From an uncultured Thiotrichales bacterium (lineage in GTDB: Bacteria; Pseudomonadota; Gammaproteobacteria; HK1), in assembly GCA_964610175.1 (NCBI GenBank), contig CAZSVE010000003.1, forward strand, positions 2,193 to 66,192: 64,000 nt of DNA, given 5' to 3'. The first letter of the stretch is position 1. Every line of letters starts with the position of its first letter. Of the stretch, positions 1 to 9,642 are shown piece by piece. The notes under the pieces were generated by a model that saw only the letters and a list, made by a program, of their open reading frames with translations, searched no databases and had not been told where the DNA came from. A program made the translations under genes and the position numbers.

Positions 1-1128
1 CAACGGCTGGAATCATTGGCCTTTATCGGCAGACTGAGAAGGGATCAGAAAAGGGTGGTGACGAGCATCATCGCCCATGATACGGGCATCCTGCACGTCC
101 CCACCGCCTTCGGGAAAACGGTTGCCGCCATCGGCGTCATCGCCGAACGTGAGGTCAACACCCTGATTTTGACCCACAGCCGCCAACTCCTGGGACAATG
201 GCGGGAACGTATTCAATCATTCCTGACCGGTGTCGAAGTCGGCGTCATCGGTGCAGGGAAAAGGAAGCCCACCGGGCAAATCGACATCGCTACCTATCAA
301 AGTCTCGTCGATAGACGAAACAATTCCGTTTCACCGCTCGTCGGACAATACGGACAGGTCATCATCGATGAATGCCATCATATCTCCGCTCCACGTTTCG
401 AGATGGTGCTGAACGAGGTGCGTTCCAAATATGTCCTGGGCCTGACCGCTACCCCCGACAGGCAGGATGGCCATCAGAAGATCATGTTTATGCTTGCAGG
501 TCCCGTTCGCTGTAGGGTTAGCGTGGCAAACAGGGCCGAATTCGAGCAGACAGTGATTGTGAATCGAAGGCATGAACAGGCCCCCCATTTTTCCGACCAG
601 CCTCACATATCCGAGGTATACCGCTGGCTGATGGAAAATACCCGGCGCAACCTCCGGATCGTCGATGACGTTGCAGCAACTATCGAAGCCGAACGTCATC
701 CTTTGGTCCTGACAGAACGGCGGGAACACGCGGAACGCCTTGCGGAAACACTGATGGAGCGGGGGATTCGGGCCGTCGTGTTGCGTGGCGCCATGCGGGC
801 CAGAGAGCGTGAAATCGCCAACGAGCAGCTCTCGAAGACACAGGTCATCGTGGCGACCGGGAAATACATCGGTGAGGGCTTCGATCTCCCTCGACTGGAC
901 ACACTGTTTCTCGCGCTACCTATCTCATGGAAGGGCTCTCTTGTGCAATACGCGGGCAGGATACACAGGGAATCGAGCGGGAAAACTCGCGTAATCGTAT
1001 ACGATTATGTGGATTCCTCCCTCCCGATGATCGAAAGGATGTATAGGAAACGGGAAAGGGGTTACAAAGCGATGGGCTACGAAATCAGGGAGAAGGACTG
1101 GCGAAGCGAAGCTTCGCCAGCTGGGTGA
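1..1128 (+). CDS. SF2 helicase, DEAD/DEAH-box / type III restriction Res-subunit-like (5'-partial, runs off window start)
   Basis: Frame is open from nt 1 (track ORF 16..1128). Helicase motifs are readable: motif I PTAFGKT, motif II DECHH, motif III TATP, motif VI QYAGRIHR. Confidence 0.8.
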   Translation, partial: QRLESLAFIGRLRRDQKRVVTSIIAHDTGILHVPTAFGKTVAAIGVIAEREVNTLILTHSRQLLGQWRERIQSFLTGVEVGVIGAGKRKPTGQIDIATYQSLVDRRNNSVSPLVGQYGQVIIDECHHISAPRFEMVLNEVRSKYVLGLTATPDRQDGHQKIMFMLAGPVRCRVSVANRAEFEQTVIVNRRHEQAPHFSDQPHISEVYRWLMENTRRNLRIVDDVAATIEAERHPLVLTERREHAERLAETLMERGIRAVVLRGAMRAREREIANEQLSKTQVIVATGKYIGEGFDLPRLDTLFLALPISWKGSLVQYAGRIHRESSGKTRVIVYDYVDSSLPMIERMYRKRERGYKAMGYEIREKDWRSEASPAG

Positions 1129-1378
1129 GTTTTCAGGATAATTCCGGGAATGAAGGGCCTTTACCCAAGGATACAGTCCGAACTACGATAGAATATAAGG
1201 ACATCTACAGGCTCGGATCGATTATTATCCGAGTACGCCATGACATGGGTTCCCCGTGTGCCCTCCCGGTTTACTGCCAGGCTGTGACGCAACGGGGATG
1301 CCCCGAAATCGTTGGAAAACGAACCAGACCCGAGCGCATCGGAGCGATGGTAGCCGGAAGGCGACAAGATGGAATGCG

Positions 1379-1489
1379 CTAGCGAAGCTTGTGCTCGAAC
1401 CGACGAGGCAGACCTAAGCATCGGTAAGGCAAGACTGGCGTCTCGTAAAACTTGGCTCATTTGCGAAGATAAGCGGGAAATAAACAAAA
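1379..1489 (+). repeat. Interspersed repeat family F1, full-length copy
   Basis: Reads CTAGCGAAGCTTGTGCTCGAACCGAC...CGTAAAACTTGG...AAGCGGGAAATAAACAAAA. Aligns end to end with the other F1 copies. Confidence 0.85.
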
Positions 1490-1621
1490 TGGAATCCTTG
1501 GGTTTTGGTCGGACCAGGCCAGGAGATCCCCCGCTGGGAATTCGTTCCGATAGAAAAATCACGTTTGAAAGAATCACGTTTTTAGAAGCACGACAAGGGG
1601 CCTTGTGGCCAAAGGAGGACA

Positions 1622-2044
1622 ATGATGGGACAAGTCATTGCAGACATTACCCTGGAAAACTACTTCGATCGGGTATTGTCACAAGAAGATCGTCTGGCAG
1701 CGGAGGCTGTGCGTACCCATGAAACCCCCGCGCTGGTGGATAGCGGTGCCGTGATGCTGGCGCTGCCCCAGGACGTTACGGAAAAACTGGGGCTGAAACC
1801 GGTCCGCAAGGTGATCGTGACTTATGCCGATGAGCGCCGCGAGGAATGCGAGGTCATGGCACCCATCTATCTCACGGTGGCGGGGCGCTCCATGGTGACC
1901 GAAGCGGTTACGGGGCCACCGCTTAGCGAGGCCCTCATCGGACAGGTGATATTGGAGGAATTGGATCTGTTGGTGGATTGTCAACGCCAGATTCTGACAC
2001 CACGGCCGGAATCGCCGATCTATCCGTCGCTGAAGATGAAATGA
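1622..2044 (+). CDS. Retropepsin-like (clan AA) aspartyl protease family protein
   Basis: 140-aa ORF with a strong SD (AAGGAGG 6 nt upstream of the ATG). Contains the D-S-G-A motif (LVDSGAVMLALP) at the typical position for small bacterial retropepsin-like proteins. Confidence 0.55.
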   Translation: MMGQVIADITLENYFDRVLSQEDRLAAEAVRTHETPALVDSGAVMLALPQDVTEKLGLKPVRKVIVTYADERREECEVMAPIYLTVAGRSMVTEAVTGPPLSEALIGQVILEELDLLVDCQRQILTPRPESPIYPSLKMK

Positions 2045-2103
2045 AGATGGAGTGAGGTGGAGTGAGAAGAACCCGGAGAGATCGGCTCGAGGCCCTGCCG
2101 AGG

Positions 2104-3108
2104 ATGAAATCGATATCCCGCATTATCCTGGCGCGTATCGTCTTGGTGCTTGTCGCCCTTTTTTCATCGATGGTATTCGCTGACGACTACCAACCCGTGA
2201 AAATCGCGAGCGGTGGGCACGTGGTGCATTTCTTGCCGCTGGATATCGCCATTGCCCACGGCTTTTTCCAGGAACAGGGCCTGAGGCCGGAGGTGACTTA
2301 TCTCAGGGCGGGAACGCCCACGGCCCAGGCTCTGCTGGCGGGCCAGGTAGATTTCAGCACGAATGGCATCGAGCATGCGTTCAAGGCCGCTGTCCAAGGT
2401 AAGGATAATCTTCGCATGGTGGTGTTGATGAATCGCCTGCCGGGTATGGTTTTAGTGGTGGACGCCAGATACCGAGGCAAAGTGGAGGACGTTTCGGATC
2501 TGAAGGGCCTGACCCTGGGCGTAACCTCCAAGGGGGCGGGCACCCACATGGTGCTTGACTACCTGCTCGGCAAGAATGGCGTTTCTCCCCATGAGGTCAC
2601 GGTCATCAAGGCCGGGACATCCACTTTCCCGCCAGCCCTGCAGAATCGTCAGATCGATGGGGGCATGGCTCTGGAACCCTTTGCCTCCATGCTGGTGGAG
2701 AACGGAGATGCCTTCGTGCTTGCCGATCTGAATACCCTTGCCAATACCGAAAGGGTCTTCGGTGGTCCCTATAATCTGGCGGGAATCGTGACCCGTCAGG
2801 CGGTTATCGACGCGGACCCGGCCCTGGTCGGCAAGGTGGTGGCGGCAATCCGGAAAGCATTGCGCTGGATCGCGACCCATTCCCCCCGGGCTATTGCCGA
2901 TGCGCTTCCGACAATCGTGGTGGGCACCGATAAAGAGAGATATATCGAAACCCTGAAAAAACTAGCGGAATTCTATAGTGCGGATGGGCGTATTCTCCCG
3001 ATTGGCGTGGATAGCGTATTTCGTTCCATGCAATTCTCCGGTGCCCTGCCCAAAGATACACCCCTGGATCAGGGGCGCTTTTATACCAATCGGTTTATCG
3101 TGGATTGA
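2104..3108 (+). CDS. ABC-transporter-type periplasmic substrate-binding protein (NMT1/SsuA/TauA-like)
   Basis: Track ORF 2062..3108. The ATG at 2104 gives the signal peptide MKSISRIILARIVLVLVALFSSMVFA. The rest resembles nitrate/sulfonate/bicarbonate-family binding proteins. No cognate permease or ATPase lies nearby. Confidence 0.7.
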   Translation: MKSISRIILARIVLVLVALFSSMVFADDYQPVKIASGGHVVHFLPLDIAIAHGFFQEQGLRPEVTYLRAGTPTAQALLAGQVDFSTNGIEHAFKAAVQGKDNLRMVVLMNRLPGMVLVVDARYRGKVEDVSDLKGLTLGVTSKGAGTHMVLDYLLGKNGVSPHEVTVIKAGTSTFPPALQNRQIDGGMALEPFASMLVENGDAFVLADLNTLANTERVFGGPYNLAGIVTRQAVIDADPALVGKVVAAIRKALRWIATHSPRAIADALPTIVVGTDKERYIETLKKLAEFYSADGRILPIGVDSVFRSMQFSGALPKDTPLDQGRFYTNRFIVD

Positions 3109-3127
3109 CGGGGAAAGGGAATCACCC

Positions 3128-3886
3128 GTGCCGAAGATCATCCACATGACCGATCTTCATCTCGATGATTTCCCCGGAAATCTCCATGAAGTCGCCACGC
3201 GAATCGAAGGACTGCAAGCCGATATCTTTTTAATCGGCGGCGATAACGGCGGCGATGCGGGTATCGCGCGGATCATTCGTCTGGTGCGCGGGATCCATCC
3301 CAGGGCCGCGATAGCCTGGGTCATGGGAAATCACGACCTGTGGAACCGCACCATCGATCACCTATGGCGGGACTATTCCTGTCTCGACGCTTGCTATTTG
3401 GAGACCGGCAACCTGGAGGCCGAGACATGCACCGTGGTCGGGACTTACGGTCACTACGACCATAGCGGTGGCGATTCCGGTATCCGTCATGAAACATACG
3501 AGCAGTACCGCTTCGAGAATATGGGCTGGAACGACCGTTACATCATCCGCGGTCATCGGAGCAATCCGGAAATAGCCCGGGAAATCGCCGAACGTTTCGC
3601 CATCAGATATCGATGCGCCCTGGCTCGCGGGCTGCCGGTGATCGTCCTCATGCACACACTGGCATTTGCGGAACTGAACGCATGGGGGCGCAATTTCTAC
3701 GGTGCATACGGTACCAACAGCCTTATCGGCGACGAGATCTCGAAACACGACACCAAGCCAGTCGTGCTCTTCTGCGGTCACACCCACAATCCCATTCGCA
3801 TCGAGGCCTATGGTTTTCCCATGATCAACACGGGAAGCGATTACGAGCACGTGCGGATCACGGTGTTTCGATTCCAGAGCGCCTAG
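3128..3886 (+). CDS. Metallophosphoesterase (calcineurin-like)
   Basis: Motifs IIHMTDLHLD, GGDNGGD, GNHD and CGHTH. A GTG at 3128 in the track frame (2978..3886) gives the canonical N-terminus. The start is uncertain (ATG at 3146 is the alternative). Confidence 0.7.
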   Translation: MPKIIHMTDLHLDDFPGNLHEVATRIEGLQADIFLIGGDNGGDAGIARIIRLVRGIHPRAAIAWVMGNHDLWNRTIDHLWRDYSCLDACYLETGNLEAETCTVVGTYGHYDHSGGDSGIRHETYEQYRFENMGWNDRYIIRGHRSNPEIAREIAERFAIRYRCALARGLPVIVLMHTLAFAELNAWGRNFYGAYGTNSLIGDEISKHDTKPVVLFCGHTHNPIRIEAYGFPMINTGSDYEHVRITVFRFQSA

Positions 3887-3942
3887 TTTTTGTTTGTTTC
3901 CCGCTTATTTGCGAATGATGGGCGGGAAATAAACAAAATAAC
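3887..3942. repeat. F1 end-module fragments, head to head
   Basis: TTTTTGTTTGTTTCCCGCTTATTTGCGAATGA is the reverse-oriented F1 3' module. It is followed by GGGCGGGAAATAAACAAAATA, the forward F1 3' module. Confidence 0.7.
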
Positions 3943-4049
3943 AGAATCAGAACCCTTCGAAAAATGACCTATGGGTTTCGGGACACCGCATTTTTTACGT
4001 TGAAAGTCAAGACTCTTCAGAAACCAAAGTACGCTTTAGTCGGATGAGC

Positions 4050-4212
4050 CGAAATTTACCACTTCCGTCATTCCGGTAGGGAATGCCGGGACCCGGACGC
4101 CAGGGATGGCAAAAACTACCCGTGAATTTTCGTGAAATCACAATCGGTAAAACCCTTCGACCAACCACGAACATTCGCGCGGTCATGTCGATTGTCGAGG
4201 AGGAATTGCATA
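4050..4212 (+). repeat. Interspersed repeat family F4 (163 bp), copy a
   Basis: About 96% identical (by eye, ~6 mismatches) to the reverse complement of 35497..35659. Its 5' part holds the hairpin GTCATTCCGGTAGGGAATGCCGGGAC. Confidence 0.9.
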
Positions 4213-4266
4213 TCGGGAGGGGTTCGGATCCTCCACCCGTGGTGGAGAATCGAGGTGGTCGGGGTC

Positions 4267-4707
4267 TTATCCGAAGCAAAGACGTATTCGAAGCCGTCGA
4301 AATGCATCCGCATCCGTTACCATATCCGGAGTCAAGACAACCGGCTTGGCCAGGCGTTTCCCTGTATTGAAGTTCAGAACGACGAGATAGGGATGCACAT
4401 ATACGGAAGGCCATGGGCCCCAGGTGGGTTCCAGGTCTCCACTGATGACTTGACCACCCCGCGTCCATAGTTGCCATGCACCTTCCGCCGTCCACAATAG
4501 CGTTGTGATGGAAGATCGGGAACAGCGAAGAGTGTGTTCGCAAGCGCTGAAAAACATGCTGAACGTGATGGCGCCCCCAACGATAAGCTTCGTCGATAAC
4601 GCCAATTCGACAATTATCAAGCAACCGGCGGCACCTCCGTGGGCGAGAAAAACCAGTAATGTCGAATATGGGGACCGCTGTAATGTAAGTCGTATCGGTT
4701 GCAGCAT
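4267..4707 (-). CDS. CptA/YgfX-like inner-membrane protein
   Basis: 146 aa with two N-terminal hydrophobic helices. The C-terminal pattern (WQLW...YLVVLNF...TPDMVTDADAFRRLRIRL) matches the YgfX/CptA architecture recalled from E. coli and Pseudomonas homologues. Confidence 0.5.
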   Translation of the reverse strand: MLQPIRLTLQRSPYSTLLVFLAHGGAAGCLIIVELALSTKLIVGGAITFSMFFSACEHTLRCSRSSITTLLWTAEGAWQLWTRGGQVISGDLEPTWGPWPSVYVHPYLVVLNFNTGKRLAKPVVLTPDMVTDADAFRRLRIRLCFG

Positions 4708-4783
4708 TATCGTCTTCTACTTGGGGAACAAGGTTTTTTCATGATGCTTTGGTCTCATTGAACGATAAGCTTTCCATCTTGGA

Positions 4784-4992
4784 TTAGGCAACCGCGATTT
4801 CCTGAACACCGATAAACCTGGATTCCATCTCGGGTTCCCCATCTTCGAGCAGCATTTGGAGACCTCTTCGAGATTTCGCATCGATTCATCGAGCCTAACG
4901 CCTTGTGAGTGTGCACCTGGGAATCCGGGAATAAAGCCCACATAGAACCCTGTTTTCGGGCATTGCTCGATGACAGCGACGGAACCTCTCAT
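4784..4992 (-). pseudogene. HicB-like (UPF0150) antitoxin gene with a 1-nt frameshift
   Basis: The N-terminal half (MRGSVAVIEQCPKTGFYVGFIPGFPGAHSQGVRLDESMRNLEEV) is in one frame. The canonical C-terminus (LQMLLEDGEPEMESRFIGVQEIAVA, then stop) is in the adjacent frame. The shift is near 4855-4865. Confidence 0.55.
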
Positions 4993-4993
4993 A

Positions 4994-7912
4994 TCACGCA
5001 ATCCTTCTCACTTCCCCCTCTCCCTCCACATTCTCCACGCAGCGCCCGCAGAGTTCCGGGTGCTCGGTATTATTCACCCCGACGTCTTCCCGACGATGCC
5101 AGCAGCGGACGCATTTTTTGTGGGGGCTGGCGGTAACCCGCAGCCAGAACGGGGAACCGCTTGGCCCGGAGGTGTCCGTTACCGTGGCCACGGCATCGTT
5201 CGGGGATTGTTGCGCGGGATGGACGTTGGCCTCGGAGGTGATGAGCACGAAACGGAGTTCGTCTCCCAATTGGCGCAGATCGGTGAATAACGCACCGTCG
5301 CAGTAGATGTCCACTTGGGCATCCAGGGCCGAACCGATGACGCCAGCGGTACGGAGGCCCTCGAGTTCCCGATTGACGGCATCGCGCACGGCGATGATGC
5401 GTTCCCAGAATCGCGGGTCCTCCAGATCCTTTCCGTCGCCTTTCCCTGTATCACCCCCGGAGAGCGGCGCGAGATCGGTGTACCACTCGGCGAGGAAGAC
5501 GGAGGGTTCGCGCTTGCCGGGGAGGTGTTGCCAGATCTCCTCGCTGGTGAAGCTCAGGATGGGGGCGAGCCAGCGCACCAGGGCCTCGGCGATGTGGTAC
5601 AGGGCGGTCTGGGCGGAGCGGCGCGCCAGGCTGGCGGTTTTCGTGGTGTATTGGCGGTCCTTGATGATGTCGAGGTAAAGACTACCGAGGTCGACGGTGC
5701 AGAAGTTGTGGAGTTTTTGATAGACGATATGGAAATGGTTGTCCCGGTACGCGCTTTGGATATCGAGTTGCAATGTAGCGGTCCGGTGGACTACCCAACG
5801 GTCCAGGGCGAGCATTCGGTGGGGAGGGATGAGATCCCGATCCGGGTCGAAGCCGTGGAGGTTGGCGAGCAGGAAGCGCGCCGTGTTACGCAGCCGCCGG
5901 TAGGAGTCGGTCATGCGTTTCAGGATCTCGTCGGAGACGCTCATCTCGGCGCTGTAATCGGTGGCGGCCACCCATAGTCTCAGGATATCGGCGCCCAGTC
6001 GACTGACCACCTGTTGCGGGGCGATGACATTGCCACGGGATTTGGACATCTTCATGCCTTGGGCGTCGACGGTGAATCCGTGGGTGAGCACGGCGCGGTA
6101 AGGGGCGCCCCGGCCCATGGCGAGGGAGGCGAGCAGGGAGGATTGGAACCAGCCGCGGTGCTGATCGGAGCCTTCGAGATAGAGGTCGGCGGGGAAACCC
6201 AATTCGTCGCGTTGGGAGAGGACGGTGAATTGGGTAGCGCCGGAATCGAACCATACATCGAGGGTATCGCTGACCTTTTGGTAGTCCCGTGCATCGGCTC
6301 CGAGCAATTCTTCGGGGTCGAGATCGAACCAGGCATCGATGCCGCGTGTCTCGACGCGCCTGGCGACCTCGTCCAGTAAACGGACCGTATCCGGATGCGG
6401 AATGCCGGTTTCCTTGTGCACGAACAGGGTGATGGGTGTGCCCCAGCTGCGCTGGCGGGAGATGCACCAATCGGGGCGGTTTTCCACCATGCCGTGAATA
6501 CGCGCCGCGCCCCAGTCGGGTTGCCAGGTGACGGAGGAGATGGCGGAAAGGGCGTTTTTACGAAGGGTTGCCTTGTCGGCGCTGTCCGCGGTGCCGGATC
6601 CCATGCGGATGAACCACTGGGGCGTGGCCCGGAAGATGATGGGCGTTTTGTGCCGCCAGCAGTGGGGATAGCTGTGGTTTACGGTCTCGACGTGCATCAA
6701 GTGGCCGCTTTGTTCCAGGGCACCGATGATGAGGGAGTTGGCGTCCCAGACGTTTCGACCCTCGAGGAAGGGGGTTCCGGTGAGGAAGCGGCCATCGGGG
6801 CCCACGGGGTTGTCCACGGGGAGGTCATAGCGGTTGCCCACGACGTAGTCTTCCTGACCGTGGCCGGGTGCGGTGTGCACGGCGCCGGTTCCGGCCTCCA
6901 GGGTGACATGTTCGCCCAGGATCAAGGGCACCATGCGCGGGTAAAGGGGATGGTATAGCATGAGGCCTTCCAGCCGGAGGCCGGGACAGAATCCGCGCAC
7001 CTGGTATTTTTCGATGCCATAGCGAGCCATGGTGCCAATCAGGAGATCCTTGGCGAGCAACAGGCATTCTTCGCCCTGTTCGGTATCGATTTGTACCAAT
7101 ACGTAATCGAATTCGCCGTTCAAGGCCACGGCCTGGTTGGCGGGGAGTGTCCAGGGCGTGGTGGTCCAGATGAGGACCGAGATAGGCCCACGGGGGATTG
7201 TGTCCTGGTCCGCGTCTTGTTCGGTTTCGAGGCCGAATGCCCGCAGGAAGGCGGTCTCGTCCTGTACGGGGAAGCGGACATCGATGGCGGGGGATTGTCT
7301 GTCGTCGTATTCGACTTCGGCCTCGGCCAGGGCGGACCCGCAATCGATGCACCAGTGGACCGGTTTGAAACCCCGATCGAGGTGTCCCGTTTCTATCACT
7401 TTGCCGAGCGCCCGGATGATATTGGCCTCGATGGCAAAATCCATGGTGAGATAGGGATGTTCCCAGTCACCCAGGATGCCGAGTCGCATGAAGTCCTTGC
7501 GCTGTTTGTCTACTTGTTTGGTGGCGTATTCCCGGCATGCTTTGCGGAACGCGCTGGCATGGATCTTTTGACCGGCCTTGCCGACACGTTTCTCCACCTG
7601 GTGCTCGATGGGCAGGCCGTGACAGTCCCAGCCCGGTACATACGGGCAATCGAACCCATCCATTCCGCGTGCCTTCACGATGATGTCTTTGAGCACTTTG
7701 TTGACGGCATGACCGATATGGATATCGCCATTGGCGTAAGGGGGACCATCGTGCAGGATGTAGCGTTTTTTCCCGGCGCGCGCCCGGCGCAGTCGCTCGT
7801 ACAGGGAAAGTTCCTGCCAAAGGGCGAGAGTGGCAGGCTCGCGTCCGGCGAGATTGGCGCGCATGGGAAAACCGGTCTTGGGGAGGTTCAAGGTGTCTTT
7901 ATAGTCGCTCAT
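4994..7912 (-). CDS. ileS: Isoleucine--tRNA ligase
   Basis: 972 aa. HIGH motif ([13 protein letters not shown]), KMSKS motif ([10 protein letters not shown]) and a C-terminal Zn-finger (CVRCWH...CGRC). Confidence 0.97.
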   Translation of the reverse strand: MSDYKDTLNLPKTGFPMRANLAGREPATLALWQELSLYERLRRARAGKKRYILHDGPPYANGDIHIGHAVNKVLKDIIVKARGMDGFDCPYVPGWDCHGLPIEHQVEKRVGKAGQKIHASAFRKACREYATKQVDKQRKDFMRLGILGDWEHPYLTMDFAIEANIIRALGKVIETGHLDRGFKPVHWCIDCGSALAEAEVEYDDRQSPAIDVRFPVQDETAFLRAFGLETEQDADQDTIPRGPISVLIWTTTPWTLPANQAVALNGEFDYVLVQIDTEQGEECLLLAKDLLIGTMARYGIEKYQVRGFCPGLRLEGLMLYHPLYPRMVPLILGEHVTLEAGTGAVHTAPGHGQEDYVVGNRYDLPVDNPVGPDGRFLTGTPFLEGRNVWDANSLIIGALEQSGHLMHVETVNHSYPHCWRHKTPIIFRATPQWFIRMGSGTADSADKATLRKNALSAISSVTWQPDWGAARIHGMVENRPDWCISRQRSWGTPITLFVHKETGIPHPDTVRLLDEVARRVETRGIDAWFDLDPEELLGADARDYQKVSDTLDVWFDSGATQFTVLSQRDELGFPADLYLEGSDQHRGWFQSSLLASLAMGRGAPYRAVLTHGFTVDAQGMKMSKSRGNVIAPQQVVSRLGADILRLWVAATDYSAEMSVSDEILKRMTDSYRRLRNTARFLLANLHGFDPDRDLIPPHRMLALDRWVVHRTATLQLDIQSAYRDNHFHIVYQKLHNFCTVDLGSLYLDIIKDRQYTTKTASLARRSAQTALYHIAEALVRWLAPILSFTSEEIWQHLPGKREPSVFLAEWYTDLAPLSGGDTGKGDGKDLEDPRFWERIIAVRDAVNRELEGLRTAGVIGSALDAQVDIYCDGALFTDLRQLGDELRFVLITSEANVHPAQQSPNDAVATVTDTSGPSGSPFWLRVTASPHKKCVRCWHRREDVGVNNTEHPELCGRCVENVEGEGEVRRIA

Positions 7913-8225
7913 CGGGATGAATTTCCTTTAGTGCCCATCTCCTCGAGACGCGGTAAACACCCAAGGGTTCGATGGGGTCTTATTTGGCGTGATTGCTGAT
8001 TTATTTGTTTTCCGCCCGGTCTGGTAAATGAGCCATGTTTTGCATGATGTCGATTTTCACCCGAATCCTCGAATCACGCTTTATCGGTTCGAGGAGAGGC
8101 TTTGCTGGCGTTTCGAAGGCCGTTGCGATATCCCGGGCGATGACCATGCCGGGATTCGGTTGTCTCGGGATGAATCGGGGGGTGGTCTTGCGTTGGACCT
8201 TGGCTGCAGTGGCGATTCCGTTCAG

Positions 8226-8313
8226 GTATCGGAAAAACAAGGATTCGAGGGAATCGGTGCATGCGCCAGGGGCCACCCCGCTTCAGTCCTGGCGCGAAGC
8301 GCTAGCATGTTCC
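8226..8313 (+). repeat. Interspersed repeat family F2, copy
   Basis: Reads GTATCGGAAAAACAAGGATTCGAGG...CCCGCTTCAGTCCTGGCGCGAAGCGCTAGCATGTT. Shares the F2 consensus with 12959, 26954 and 60131. Confidence 0.8.
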
Positions 8314-8325
8314 ATGGGTGCATTT

Positions 8326-8437
8326 CTAGCGAAGCTTATGCTCGGACCGACAACGCATGACCCCGTATCGGTAAAGCGGAATCGGTGTCTTGTAAAACTT
8401 GATTCCAATTGTGAAGTCGAGCGGGAAATAAACAAAA
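8326..8437 (+). repeat. F1, full-length copy
   Basis: Reads CTAGCGAAGCTTATGCTCGGACCGACAACGCATGACC...TTGTAAAACTTGATTCCAATTGTGAAGTCGAGCGGGAAATAAACAAAA. Confidence 0.85.
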
Positions 8438-8550
8438 TAAATAAGTATATTCAAATGATGATGATAAGCTTAAAATTCTTGCTTTAGCAATTTGCGGCGA
8501 GTCGATCGAACCGGCAGTCCGAGGTTTCCTTCGAGCGAGAGGACCGTTTC

Positions 8551-8640
8551 GGAACATGTTGGCGCTTTGCGCCAGGATTGAAGTGGGGTGGGCCCTGGCG
8601 CACGCACCGGGATTCTCGGAATCTTTGTTTTTCCGACACC
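8551..8640 (-). repeat. F2, inverted copy
   Basis: Its reverse complement reads GGTGTCGGAAAAACAAAGATTCCGAGAATCCC...CCTGGCGCAAAGCGCCAACATGTTCC. Confidence 0.8.
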
Positions 8641-8689
8641 TGAACAGAAAGCCGAAGTCTCCATAAAGCTTCCCCAGGAAGCCTGCCCC

Positions 8690-8770
8690 GAAACACCAAT
8701 ATCAAAACACGAATTTTGCTTTACCAATGCATGAATCATGCTTTGTCGATTCGAGTACAAGCTTCACTAG
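8690..8770 (-). repeat. F1, partial copy (5' and middle modules, reverse orientation)
   Basis: Reads ...TTTTGCTTTACCAATGCATGAATCATGCTTTGTCGATTCGAGTACAAGCTTCACTAG. Aligns to the reverse strand of F1 and lacks the GGGAAATAAACAAA end. Confidence 0.7.
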
Positions 8771-8853
8771 AGGATCAATCGATGGCGCTTGTTTCGTGAC
8801 AACCCTGCCTTGATCCGTGGCTATGGCGAGCTTGAATCTCAAAAGGTCTCCAA

Positions 8854-9642
8854 ATGGTTCCTAAAGGTCGCGTTGCCCGTGCAACGCCACGGCAAAGATT
8901 CCACGATTGGCTTTCCCATCCCCCCGGAAGCATGTTATTGAATACCGAGGCAAGGCTGCTCGGTGATTCTCTCGGCTCTCTTTTTGGCTATCACCTCGTG
9001 CAGGTAGGCCGATTGAGTAATACGGACCTGCTGGCGCAGAGTAGAATTCCGCACCGCGTTATCGTGGAAATAGATAACAGTCGACAGGTTTCCGGTTATC
9101 CCCACCTTCGCGCCGAACCTGATGCCTTGCCCATGGCCTCCGACAGCATCGACGTAATCATCCTTCCCCACGTGCTCGAGTTCTCTCCCCACATGCAGGA
9201 AATAATCAAGGAAACGAAGCGGGTCCTGGTCGCGGAAGGACATCTACTCATCCTTGCCTTCGATGTCTGGAGTCTCGTTGGTATTTGGTCTCTGCTATTC
9301 GGGAAGGAAGGAGAGGAGCCCTGGATGCCTTGTCAGGGGGGACGATTCCCGGGTTTCGGTCGAGTCAAGGGGTGGATTACCGCCATGGGCTTCGACGTCA
9401 TTTCCGTGAAGCGATATTTTTTTCGACCGCCGATCCGCATGGGCAGCATTATGAATCATGGGAGAATTTCCGATCCGCTGCGTTTTCTCGACACCGTTGG
9501 CCCCCGTTTTTGGCCATTTTTCTCCGGTGCATACCTTTTGGTAGCGAAAAAGCGTGTAACGGCACTAACACCGAGGAAATCGCTGTGGCGACAACCGAAG
9601 CGACCTTTGATCGCGGTGGGGCTCGGGAGGCCTTCTTCGTAA
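8854..9642 (+). CDS. Class I SAM-dependent methyltransferase (YafS-like)
   Basis: 262 aa. Has the Methyltransf_11-type core (DVIILPHVLEFSPHMQEIIKETKRVLVAEGHLLILAF). N- and C-terminal patterns resemble the conserved gammaproteobacterial YafS-type protein. Confidence 0.65.
   Translation: MVPKGRVARATPRQRFHDWLSHPPGSMLLNTEARLLGDSLGSLFGYHLVQVGRLSNTDLLAQSRIPHRVIVEIDNSRQVSGYPHLRAEPDALPMASDSIDVIILPHVLEFSPHMQEIIKETKRVLVAEGHLLILAFDVWSLVGIWSLLFGKEGEEPWMPCQGGRFPGFGRVKGWITAMGFDVISVKRYFFRPPIRMGSIMNHGRISDPLRFLDTVGPRFWPFFSGAYLLVAKKRVTALTPRKSLWRQPKRPLIAVGLGRPSS

Noticed and set aside
1379-1489. Conserved RNA secondary structure or covariation within F1 copies
   Set aside because: An ACAAGGC / GCCTTGT pairing appears in the consensus, and one copy shows an apparently compensatory ACGAG / CTCGT change. 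Other copies (10654, 23095) break the pairing, so by-eye evidence is insufficient to claim a structured RNA.
4007-4624. 205-aa ORF on the - strand
   Set aside because: It overlaps the better-supported CptA-like ORF (4267..4707) in another frame, and its 3' part is F4 repeat sequence.
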